NCBI GenBank assembly: GCA_019058445.1
Contig: JAHPZA010000003.1
Location: 1-64,000, forward strand
Length of the DNA: 64,000 bases
From: Promethearchaeota archaeon
Lineage (GTDB): Archaea; Asgardarchaeota; Lokiarchaeia; Sigyniarchaeales; SOKP01
Reading direction: 5' to 3'
The notes under the pieces are model-generated. The model was not told the DNA's origin, did no database searches, and saw only the letters and a list, made by a program, of their open reading frames with translations. Positions 40,119-49,243 of the stretch are shown here, one piece after another (the first letter of the stretch is position 1; each line of letters begins with the position of its first letter). A program made the translations under genes and the position numbers.

Positions 40119-41192
40119 ATGAACCTAAATTGGACGATAGAAGTTATTATTATTTTTATCTCAATTATTCCAATTTCAATTAGTTTTATTTTATTATTTT
40201 ACAAATATACCAAGACTCGTGATTTGGTCTACTTTATCATGATGATCGGATGGGCATGTTTCCTTATTGGCAACTTTATAGAGGCAATTGCTTGCTTATT
40301 TTTATGGAAAGATTTATTTCGGATTCGGATGTATATTTATATTTTGCAAGGATATTGTGTATTGATTTTATTGGATATCGTTGCGAGAGAAGCTATTGAA
40401 CCAATTAAGTTGACTTTCTTTTCGCTTTTCGCAGGGATGGCAATTATTTTTTCATTCGACCCAACTGCTGTAATCATATATCAATTTCCAAATGGGGAAA
40501 TATCTGTCGGTTCAAGTGGATATTTTCGAATTACAATCTTTTTTATAGCTATATTTCAAGGAATCTTGCTTTTCTACTTTTTCTTCAAAATATTTTGGAA
40601 AGCTCCCAAAAGCTTGAAATTGTTTTCTCTTCTTAATTTAATTGGAGCAATTATTGTAAGTATTATTCCAAGTATTTTTTATATTGCAGGCTTGACAATG
40701 GTGGTGCCTGGATGTGCTATGCTTTTATTTGGAGTTGGAACTTTCTTAATTTCTATAGCCTTTGTGTTGCAACCTAAGTTATCATACATTTTACCATTTA
40801 GAGTATACCATCTTATAGTCATTGAAAAGAAATCTGGACTTCCTTTATATAAACATAGCTGGAGACAAGGAGATGACTTAATAAAAATAAATCCACAAGT
40901 TTTTTCGAGCCTGTTCCATGGCATAGAATTATTTGTTGAGGATACTGTTCATCGAGGAGTCATCCAAGAAATTAATGTCGAAAAGGCAATCCTAATTATG
41001 GGGCATTACAAATCAACATCTTGTGTTCTAATTACCTCTAAAACATCTTTAGTTCTTCGTAGGGCGTTGAATAGCTTTTGTTTAAAATTCTGGCATAAAT
41101 TTTCAGATATAATTAATGATCCTTCAAAGCTCAGTCAATTTGAGTCCACTAAAGTATTAGTTGAAGAATGTTTTGCATTTATTCCCGATTAA
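40119..41192 (+). CDS. Multi-TM membrane protein with C-terminal longin-like domain
   Basis: About 7 hydrophobic helices, then LIVIEKKSGLPLYKH...FSSLFHGI...IQEI...VLITSK...LRRALNSFCLKF (longin-like pattern). Confidence 0.7.
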   Translation: MNLNWTIEVIIIFISIIPISISFILLFYKYTKTRDLVYFIMMIGWACFLIGNFIEAIACLFLWKDLFRIRMYIYILQGYCVLILLDIVAREAIEPIKLTFFSLFAGMAIIFSFDPTAVIIYQFPNGEISVGSSGYFRITIFFIAIFQGILLFYFFFKIFWKAPKSLKLFSLLNLIGAIIVSIIPSIFYIAGLTMVVPGCAMLLFGVGTFLISIAFVLQPKLSYILPFRVYHLIVIEKKSGLPLYKHSWRQGDDLIKINPQVFSSLFHGIELFVEDTVHRGVIQEINVEKAILIMGHYKSTSCVLITSKTSLVLRRALNSFCLKFWHKFSDIINDPSKLSQFESTKVLVEECFAFIPD

Positions 41193-41250
41193 CCTTCAAT
41201 TACAGAATAAAGTTTTCATACTTTTTTAGAAGATAAGGTTTAATTTTTCT

Positions 41251-42678
41251 TCACAAGTTTGAAATTAAAGATTTTATGCGCTCTGATGTTGAAATTAATT
41301 TTTTTTTGGCAAAACTTTCATTACTCGCCTCACTAATAACTCGAATTATTGGTTCTGTATTCGATGGATGAATTAAAGCAAACCAATCTTTTCCCTGGCC
41401 AAACCTCAAATCTTGGTCAATTTGATTTACAGTTTCGCCATTTGAGATTAAATCAGTTTTCAATTGGCTTATTAGTTTATCTAAATTTTTACCCTTTGTT
41501 TTGATATATTCTCTAAAAGCATAATATTTTGGAAGTTTCGAAACTAAACTCGAAATCTTTTTATTCGTTTCTACTAAAATTTCAACAATTTTAGAGGCAG
41601 CAAATATTCCGTCTCTTGTATTGTTAAATTGTGGGATCATTACCCCACCACAGGATCCTTCCCCTCCAAAAACTATGGATGAGGAATGTTCTTTTTTTAG
41701 TAAATTTTCCATTTTTTCAGCAAGGAATCGTTCACCGACAGGTGTTCGAATAACCTGTATGTTATATTTTTCTGCGAGCGCTTCAAATGCTAATGAGGAA
41801 GCAAGATTTGTTACAAAAACAACTTTTTTATTAGTTTGACTATATTGCTTAAATATAAAATCGCTTATTATAGCTAATCCTATATCTTCTGGATAACAAG
41901 TACCATCATCGCCAATAATTGCAATCCGATCAGCATCGCAATCATGTGCAAAACCAATGTTATATCCTTCATCTACAACCAAATTGATTAAATCTTTTAG
42001 ATTTTTCTCGATGGGTTCAATTTCTCGTGGAAATTTATTATTTTTAAAATCATTATTAATTAATTTTATGTTGCAACCAATTTCTTTTAAGATTCGTGGA
42101 GTTGCATTCTTTCCAGCTCCAGCTCCTGTGTCAAGAGCAACTTTTAAACTGTTTTTGCTCTTTATTCTTTCAAAATTAAGCATAGTTTTGAGGCCTTGAA
42201 TGTACTCATCAATAGCAGTTAGTTTTTCAGTAATCTGTGGTTGAGAAGGTTCCTTTTGAAAATAATGATCAATTATGTTTTTCTGAAGAATTTTAGAAAT
42301 TTCATTAACCTCAGAATTATTTAAAAATGTTTTTTTAGAAAGTAATTTTATTCCATTCCATTCAGGAGGATTATGTGAACCTGAGACGATAATTCCGCCG
42401 AGAGCATGAAGCTTATTTTTCATATATATAATAATAGGTGTAGGACAAATTCCCAGATTAATTATGTTACAATTAGCATAAGTCAATCCATCAATTATTG
42501 CTGTTTCAAGGCTCTGACCGCTTGGTCTAGTGTCTCTTCCAAGTACAATTGTTTTGTCATCACTCTTAAGCCATAATCCATATGCTAAAGCAATCCTCTT
42601 TACTATTTCAGCATTCAAATTTTTTCCTACAATTCCGCGGATTCCACTGATCGTAAATATTAATTCTTTTTCTCCCAT
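41251..42678 (-). CDS. Alpha-D-phosphohexomutase (PMM/PGM/GlmM family)
   Basis: GIRG, GRDTR, SGSHNP, DCDADR, GGEGS, PSNTEP. Confidence 0.93.
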   Translation of the reverse strand: MGEKELIFTISGIRGIVGKNLNAEIVKRIALAYGLWLKSDDKTIVLGRDTRPSGQSLETAIIDGLTYANCNIINLGICPTPIIIYMKNKLHALGGIIVSGSHNPPEWNGIKLLSKKTFLNNSEVNEISKILQKNIIDHYFQKEPSQPQITEKLTAIDEYIQGLKTMLNFERIKSKNSLKVALDTGAGAGKNATPRILKEIGCNIKLINNDFKNNKFPREIEPIEKNLKDLINLVVDEGYNIGFAHDCDADRIAIIGDDGTCYPEDIGLAIISDFIFKQYSQTNKKVVFVTNLASSLAFEALAEKYNIQVIRTPVGERFLAEKMENLLKKEHSSSIVFGGEGSCGGVMIPQFNNTRDGIFAASKIVEILVETNKKISSLVSKLPKYYAFREYIKTKGKNLDKLISQLKTDLISNGETVNQIDQDLRFGQGKDWFALIHPSNTEPIIRVISEASNESFAKKKLISTSERIKSLISNL

Positions 42679-42789
42679 ATTATTTTTAATTTAAACTCAC
42701 TCTGATATAAAAAGTAAATTTTGGCTGTTAAAAACTTTTAATTAAAATTTTGGTTATAAAAGGAACAATATTTTATTGAAATATCTCCA

Positions 42790-44322
42790 CTAAACACCTT
42801 TATCAGGAATACAAGTTTTAATAAATAAAGGAGTTGGGGGAGAATTATCAATACTGAAAACTTCAAGTTTAACGAGATAAAATGATATGCTTTCAAGAGA
42901 ATTGTCGTTCAACCAATTGATTATTCTTGTATGTTCATTTTTAGGATTCTCACAAATCCAGATTACTTTTTTCGCATTATAATAAGCCACAGATTTGAGA
43001 ATTTTTATTAGATTTGCTTGATCCGATTCACCATATTGCGTTTCAATTATAACCTTATTCTCATATTTATCTTGTGCTAAAATATCTATAGCTAAACCTT
43101 CAGAAACTGCATCTTTTTCGATTGGTATAAGTGAAATATCTAAAGTTTTATTTATTTGCTCCATGTTTTTTTCAAGCCAAGGATTAAAATCTTTCTTAAT
43201 ATCGGGCCAGATTTTATTAACCGGAATTACAGTATAATCCCCTAAATCCGGTTCCTTTAAAATGATCTTATCCTCTTTTTTGGTTTCGGTTGCGATGGTT
43301 TTATACTCCTCAATTTTCGAGATTTCGTCTGCTTCTAAAAACCTCTTTAGTAATTGAAGGGCGATCATCCTAAAAGCGTCGTTTATATTCTCACCGGTTA
43401 AAGCGGATGTTTCTATATAAGAGATTCCTAAATCTTCTGCTAATTTTTCTCCTTCTTCAGTTGATACAGCTCTTGTATCTCGCAAATCTGTTTTATTGGC
43501 ACATAATATTAAGATAATATTAGGTTTAGTCCCTTTCTTAATTTCATCATACCATTTTTTAATATTGTTAAAGGTATCTCTTCTTGTTATATCATAAACT
43601 AACAACCCGGCTTCGGCATTTACTAAATAGGAACTACGAATTCGTTCAAATTGAGGTTGGCCAGCTAAATCCCATATAGTAAATCGAACATTCGATTTCA
43701 GGCCCTCAAATTTACACTCTTTTTTTGTTATTGAAGTCCCTATAGTTGCCTTATAATCTGTCCGAAAGATTCCCTCTACAAATCTTTGAACCATACTTGT
43801 TTTACCTACAGCGCCATCTCCTCCAAGAATTAATTTATATACATAGTTAGACCCGGCAGCCCTGATTTTCTGCAGTGTGCTTTCTTTGCGTTGAATAGTT
43901 TGGCTTTTTTTGTCTGTATAAATTTTTGGGATGACAGGGGAAACTGGACGACCATCAAAAATCCGAGCAACTTTTTCTGCGGCTATGTATGCATATGGAA
44001 ATACTGGTTCTGACATTGCTAGCCCATCTAAAATGGTAACAAGAATATGATTTGGACCTGCTTCGCAAAAAATAAATCGATATCTCGCTGTATCAAAAGT
44101 TCCTAATCCAAAAGAGGTAATAGTAGAATCCTCTACTATTCGTTTTAAAATTAATCCCATTAATCCTCTAACAAAATCTTCAATGGCTTTTACTGCTGGA
44201 TTTAATAAGAAATTAATTATGGAACCATCTCTATTTAATACAAAGACGGCAACTAGATCCTTACCAACTTCTTGTCTATACCATTTTAATAAAGCTTCAA
44301 GTCGTTCCTTATCATATGACAT
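42790..44322 (-). CDS. Roadblock-like + Rab-like small GTPase + PD-(D/E)xK-like domain fusion
   Basis: N-terminal AVFVLNRDG roadblock-like domain; G1 GDGAVGKT, G2 YKATIG, G3 WDLAGQ, G4 NKTD, G5 ETSA; C-terminal DFNPWL...IDILA...IIETQ...WLN. Confidence 0.85.
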   Translation of the reverse strand: MSYDKERLEALLKWYRQEVGKDLVAVFVLNRDGSIINFLLNPAVKAIEDFVRGLMGLILKRIVEDSTITSFGLGTFDTARYRFIFCEAGPNHILVTILDGLAMSEPVFPYAYIAAEKVARIFDGRPVSPVIPKIYTDKKSQTIQRKESTLQKIRAAGSNYVYKLILGGDGAVGKTSMVQRFVEGIFRTDYKATIGTSITKKECKFEGLKSNVRFTIWDLAGQPQFERIRSSYLVNAEAGLLVYDITRRDTFNNIKKWYDEIKKGTKPNIILILCANKTDLRDTRAVSTEEGEKLAEDLGISYIETSALTGENINDAFRMIALQLLKRFLEADEISKIEEYKTIATETKKEDKIILKEPDLGDYTVIPVNKIWPDIKKDFNPWLEKNMEQINKTLDISLIPIEKDAVSEGLAIDILAQDKYENKVIIETQYGESDQANLIKILKSVAYYNAKKVIWICENPKNEHTRIINWLNDNSLESISFYLVKLEVFSIDNSPPTPLFIKTCIPDKGV

Positions 44323-44527
44323 ATTTATCTTCTTGTGAACCCTTATTTTTCTTAGTAGTAAAAAAATATCTAAAATGCTAACTTACATCAATAGTTGAAA
44401 TATGCTTATTTCAATATTTCTAAAAACAAAGAAAGAGCATATCCTTTTAAAAATATAAAAACTTATAATCAATGCATATAATCTTAATGAAATACAAAGT
44501 TGAGATTTAGTAAAATGAGGTTCAATA

Positions 44528-45310
44528 ATGGATATTATTGATTTGGATGAAAAATATAAAGAAACATTCATGGTATGTTTAGAAGATTGGTCTGATGAGA
44601 TGAAAGAGGCGGGAAACCATAAACACAAATGGTATAATGAAATGAAAAATAAAGGTCTGGGAGTGAAATTAGCAGTTGAAAATGAGAAAGTAGTTGGAAT
44701 GATTCAATATTTACCTATTGAATATTCATTCGCTGAAGGACAAAACCTCTTTGTAATCTTATGCATTTGGGTACACGGATATAAAGAAGGCGTAGGCAAT
44801 TTTCAAAAAAGGGGTATTGGAAAAGCATTGCTCCAAGCTGCTGAAAATGATGTCAAATCCAAAGGTGCTAATGGAATGGTGGCATGGGGCTTATCATTAC
44901 CTTTCTGGATGAGGGCAAAATGGTTCAAAAAGCATGGATACCTTAAAGTAGATAAGCAAAAAATGCAAGTTCTTTTATGGAAACCTTTCACTAATGATGC
45001 TATGCCTCCAAAATGGATTAAACAAAAGAAAGTTCCTGAATTAGTACCAGGAAAAGTAAAAGTAACAGCTTTTATTAATGGATGGTGCCCTGCTCAAAAT
45101 ATTGTATTCGAAAGGGCAAAAAAAGCAACAAAAGAGTTTGGAGATAATGTGATATTTGAGGAAATCCATACCAATAACCGTGAACATTATTTAGAGTGGG
45201 GTATTACTGATGCATTATTTATAGACAATAAAGAAATGAGAACAGGACCTCCTCCATCTTACGAAAAAATAAAAAACCGTATATCTAAGAGAGTTAAAAG
45301 ATTATCATAA
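44528..45310 (+). CDS. GNAT acetyltransferase (YoaP-like) with thioredoxin-like C-terminus
   Basis: GMIQY, CIWV, FQKRGIGKALL, FKKHGY, GWCP. Confidence 0.85.
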   Translation: MDIIDLDEKYKETFMVCLEDWSDEMKEAGNHKHKWYNEMKNKGLGVKLAVENEKVVGMIQYLPIEYSFAEGQNLFVILCIWVHGYKEGVGNFQKRGIGKALLQAAENDVKSKGANGMVAWGLSLPFWMRAKWFKKHGYLKVDKQKMQVLLWKPFTNDAMPPKWIKQKKVPELVPGKVKVTAFINGWCPAQNIVFERAKKATKEFGDNVIFEEIHTNNREHYLEWGITDALFIDNKEMRTGPPPSYEKIKNRISKRVKRLS

Positions 45311-45446
45311 ATCAAGTAAAAATTTATACTAATATATACCTCAAAATCTAATATAAATTGGGTATTAAAAATCATTTAGAATTTTTGAATAAACTTTATT
45401 AGAATACAAGGACAATAAACAATTATTAGTCAATAGGTGGTAAACA

Positions 45447-46229
45447 ATAATCGATTGGTCTAAAGCCCAGTCAAACCCTAAATCAAAGCAAAAGGTATTA
45501 GGAAGAGATCTGTTGGATTTACGGGCTAAAATAAATGATTTAGAAAAGAATCTCGCTCAAAAAAGAAAAGAGATAAAGGACTTAAATGATAGAATAAGAT
45601 CTGCTGCAACTGACGTAGAACTTGGCTTAAGTAAGGTAGAAGAGAGGAAAAGAAAATTTGAAATTCGAGATAAAGCATTAAATGAGAAAATTACTTTTTT
45701 AGAAAAGACAATATTAAACAGGAATAAAGAAATAGAGATTCTTAAAGTGGATATAGAACAGAGAAATCGTCAAATTAGTAATCTTAAAAAATTAGAAGAT
45801 CAAATCGTAGAAAAAGACAAGGATATCAATCATTTAAAACAAATCATTGAACAAATGAATAGACAAAAAGATATTGATAAAAAAGATTTTACTCAACAAC
45901 TTTTAAACAAGGATTTAGAAGTTGAAAAGAGTAATGAAATCTTAAAACAAATCAAAAAACAACTGGAAACTAACGAAAACTTAATCCATCGAAAAGATGT
46001 AGAAATCGAGAAGCTTGAAATTGAATTTGAGAATAAAGCTAAACAAATAAACGAGATTACTCAAAAATTTAGGGATCTCGAATCGAAAATATCTGATGAG
46101 ATTCAATTATCTTCCAAACTCATCAAAAAAATTGAGAAGTTAATGCATCTTAAAGGATTTGTGAGCGACAAAGAACTTGAGGATCTAAAAGAAAAAATAG
46201 AAAAAAACCAATTCTCTATCAATTATTAA
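45447..46229 (+). CDS. Head-rod-tail coiled-coil protein, copy 2 (260 aa; ATA start inferred)
   Basis: In-frame upstream extension IIDWSKAQSNPKSKQKVLGRDL restores the conserved head. In-frame TAA at 45441; AGGTGG RBS at 45435-45440. Tail LMHLKGFVSDKEL. Confidence 0.85.
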   Translation: MIDWSKAQSNPKSKQKVLGRDLLDLRAKINDLEKNLAQKRKEIKDLNDRIRSAATDVELGLSKVEERKRKFEIRDKALNEKITFLEKTILNRNKEIEILKVDIEQRNRQISNLKKLEDQIVEKDKDINHLKQIIEQMNRQKDIDKKDFTQQLLNKDLEVEKSNEILKQIKKQLETNENLIHRKDVEIEKLEIEFENKAKQINEITQKFRDLESKISDEIQLSSKLIKKIEKLMHLKGFVSDKELEDLKEKIEKNQFSINY

Positions 46230-46473
46230 TCTATTGGGCACTGCTAAACTAAAATTATTGTATGCTTTTTCAGAGGAGAAAGAGGCGCAAGACTTCATTT
46301 TTTTGTGTGTAAAAATGTTAAGAAAGCGTAGTTAGAAGTAAAATTTTTATACGAACGTAAAAATTTCTAGTATATTAGAACAGATATATTTATAAAATTA
46401 ATGTGATAACCTAATAACAAGGGTTTATATTTATATTAATTTTTAGAGGAATACCTTAAGGAGATTATAGAGT

Positions 46474-47349
46474 ATGAGAATAGATTGGGAATTAGCAACT
46501 GTAAAGCCTAATAGAAGGCAAAAAATTGAAGGGAAATATCTTTTAGATCTAAGAACTAAAATACATGATTTAGAACATGAATTATCTCAAAGTAATAAAG
46601 AAATAGAACAAGCCAAAGAAAAGTTAACAATTACCGAACAAAGTTTTAACCAACTTACAGAAAAATTCATAGCTTCTGAGAAAAATATGGATGAGATTAT
46701 ATCAGATCTTAAAAAGAAATTGCGAATGGCTGAGACGAAATTTACGGAAAAAAATGACCGAGTTGATGTATCCTTGGACAGAATTACAGAGCTGGAACAA
46801 AAAATCTTAAATAAAGATAATGAATTAATGAGAGTAAAATTTAATTTAGAAAAGACAAATAAAGAAATCGAGAAATTGAGAAATCATTTCAGTCAAAATT
46901 CTACGGGGAAAGAAAGTCAAATTGAAGAACTGAGGTCTGATTTAGAAACAACCCGAAGAGAAGTTAATTTATTAAAACAGGAACTGGAGCAGTCTGTGTC
47001 GACAAAAAGTCTTGATGTAAACCGTTTTAAAACTGAATTAGAACAAAGGAACAACCAAATTGAACAACAAAACAAACAAATTGAAATCAATAAAAAGGAT
47101 TTAGATCACACAATTTTAACTAAGGATAGTATAATAGCTAAACTTGAAAAAGATCTTGAAGATAAAATTAATCAAATTGAAGACTTAAATAACAACATAA
47201 ATGAACTGTATAGTCAAATATCGAATGTTAAAGATACTGGATTAACCATCACAAATGTACCTAATGAAAGCAGTGTTTTGAAGAGAATTAAAGAATTAAT
47301 GGACCTGAAAGGTTTTGTCACTGATAAAGAGCTTGAACAGCTTATGTAA
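46474..47349 (+). CDS. Head-rod-tail coiled-coil protein, copy 3 (291 aa)
   Basis: IDWELATVKPNRRQKIEGKYLLDLRTKIHDLE head; LMDLKGFVTDKEL tail. Confidence 0.88.
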   Translation: MRIDWELATVKPNRRQKIEGKYLLDLRTKIHDLEHELSQSNKEIEQAKEKLTITEQSFNQLTEKFIASEKNMDEIISDLKKKLRMAETKFTEKNDRVDVSLDRITELEQKILNKDNELMRVKFNLEKTNKEIEKLRNHFSQNSTGKESQIEELRSDLETTRREVNLLKQELEQSVSTKSLDVNRFKTELEQRNNQIEQQNKQIEINKKDLDHTILTKDSIIAKLEKDLEDKINQIEDLNNNINELYSQISNVKDTGLTITNVPNESSVLKRIKELMDLKGFVTDKELEQLM

Positions 47350-47554
47350 GTTCCACTTAACCTTTTTTTCTAAATTCAGAAACTTTAAACATTTAAACTA
47401 GTTCTATACACAAATCAAACTTTGTTTTTATGAAATGGAAAGTTTCTTAAAATGTTAGGAAATTTAGAGAAATATTTATAAAATTAGTAATAGATATACT
47501 CATTATCAACAAATATGGATTTTTAAAAGTCTGAGAATTCTTAAGTGATATATT

Positions 47555-48262
47555 TTGAGTATTGATTGGTCGAAATTAGAGTCCAAACCTGAAATGAAAA
47601 TAAAGGTTGATGGGCAAATTTTATTAGATCTTAAAGCCAAAATTCACGATTTAGAACTGGAATTGATCCAACATAAAGAAGATCTAGAAACAACAAAAGA
47701 AATATTAAGCGAAAAAGAAACCTTAATAAAAAGTTTAACCGATAAATTATCATCTACGGAAAATGAGCTGAATGACTCTGAGAAAAAAATTCAGAGTGAT
47801 GCGGAAGAAATAAACTCATTAACAAACCAAAATGCTGAATTGACGGATCAGTTGGTAAAAATTAAAGAAGAATTATCTGATAAAATGAAGGAATTAGAAA
47901 CTCTAAAGAATGAAGTTGTAAGAGATGTTACTCAGAGAGACAATGAAGTAGAAAATCTAAAAAACATTACTATCCAAAAAAATAGAGAGATAGAAAGATT
48001 CAAAATCGATTTGGAGCAAAAAAATAAAGAGATTGAAGATTTAAGAGAGATTATCACACAAAAGGAGAAAGAAATTTCTAATCTTAATGGAGAATTAGAG
48101 ACAAAATTAAAGCTAATCGATGAGTTCAAAAATAAGATTAAATTGTTGGAAGTAACTATTTCAGAGGGGCAATCATCTCAATATATTGTTGATGAAATCA
48201 AAAGTATTATGCAGCAAAAAGGCTTTTTGTCTGACCGAGAATTTGAAAACCTAATTAAATAA
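47555..48262 (+). CDS. Head-rod-tail coiled-coil protein, copy 4 (235 aa)
   Basis: IDWSKLESKPEMKIKVDGQILLDLKAKIHDLE head; IMQQKGFLSDREF tail. Confidence 0.88.
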   Translation: MSIDWSKLESKPEMKIKVDGQILLDLKAKIHDLELELIQHKEDLETTKEILSEKETLIKSLTDKLSSTENELNDSEKKIQSDAEEINSLTNQNAELTDQLVKIKEELSDKMKELETLKNEVVRDVTQRDNEVENLKNITIQKNREIERFKIDLEQKNKEIEDLREIITQKEKEISNLNGELETKLKLIDEFKNKIKLLEVTISEGQSSQYIVDEIKSIMQQKGFLSDREFENLIK

Positions 48263-48420
48263 GTTGAATGGAACAGTTTACATTATAAAAAATTAATACT
48301 ATGAAATTTTATCATCAAAATTCCAAATTTTCACAAAAGCAATTAAAAATAAATAGTAATTAGAATTAAAACTAATTTGATAAAAATCAAAAAACTCTAT
48401 ACTCAAGCAAATTCGATTAA

Positions 48421-49026
48421 TTAGAGAATTTTATCATAGTGAAAATTATAATGAGTCAAGACTGTTCTAACCAATTCTTTAAAGCTAAGTTCGATATTAT
48501 AATTTGTTTTTGAAGACGTTTTTATAAAGCTACTTTCATTGTGTCTTTTGAGAAATCGGTCAATAACTAAATCATCTATAAGGGTGCCGGCATCTGGAGT
48601 ATTTGTTAAATCACTTTTGGTACCAATAACAAATCTAGGGGTATTTTGATGGTTGTATTGAACAAGCTTATCATACCACCAATCCAACATAAGTAATGTC
48701 TGAATATTTACTAAACTAAAGACTAAGAAAATACCATTTGCACCACTAAGATAATAAAGAAAGAATTTTCTAAATTGTTCTTGACCACCAAAATCCCACA
48801 ATGAGAGTCTAATAAATTTTTCCTCTCCATCAATTAATATAGCCAAATCGTGTGTATAAAAATCAACTCCAATCGTCAATTGGGTGCTAGCTTCAAACGT
48901 ATTATAACATAACCTTCTACAAATGCAGGTTTTACCCACTCCCCCCTGACCTAAGATGCATATTTTTATGATATAATGGGGTTTAATCTCATTAGCATTG
49001 CTAATTATTGGCATAAATGAATACAA
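48421..49026 (-). CDS. Rab/Roc-like small GTPase
   Basis: GQGGVGKT, TIGVDF, WDFGGQ, GTKSD, TSSK. Confidence 0.92.
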   Translation of the reverse strand: MYSFMPIISNANEIKPHYIIKICILGQGGVGKTCICRRLCYNTFEASTQLTIGVDFYTHDLAILIDGEEKFIRLSLWDFGGQEQFRKFFLYYLSGANGIFLVFSLVNIQTLLMLDWWYDKLVQYNHQNTPRFVIGTKSDLTNTPDAGTLIDDLVIDRFLKRHNESSFIKTSSKTNYNIELSFKELVRTVLTHYNFHYDKIL

Positions 49027-49243
49027 TACCTCAAAGTGACTTTATTATCTTTAGTCCTATATATAGGGCTTTAAATTCTATTCTTATCTTCAAGAAATTT
49101 TTGCTTAAAACATGACTTTTTGAACTATACATCTAATAAAAAAATTTATTAATAAGTTTAATTTTTTAAAAAAAGATTAAAGAATTTATAAAATAATTAA
49201 GAGAAGGATCAGACGTTTTTTGGATTTTTACTATTTATTATCG

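Noticed and set aside
45447-48262. Coiled-coil genes as SMC/Rad50 fragments or one frameshifted gene
   Set aside because: No Walker motifs or hinge. Each copy has its own head, tail, stop and intergenic region.
49027-49243. Frameshifted single Roco gene
   Set aside because: The spacer is AT-rich and non-coding-like, the GTPase has its own GAGGT RBS-like sequence, and there is no COR domain.
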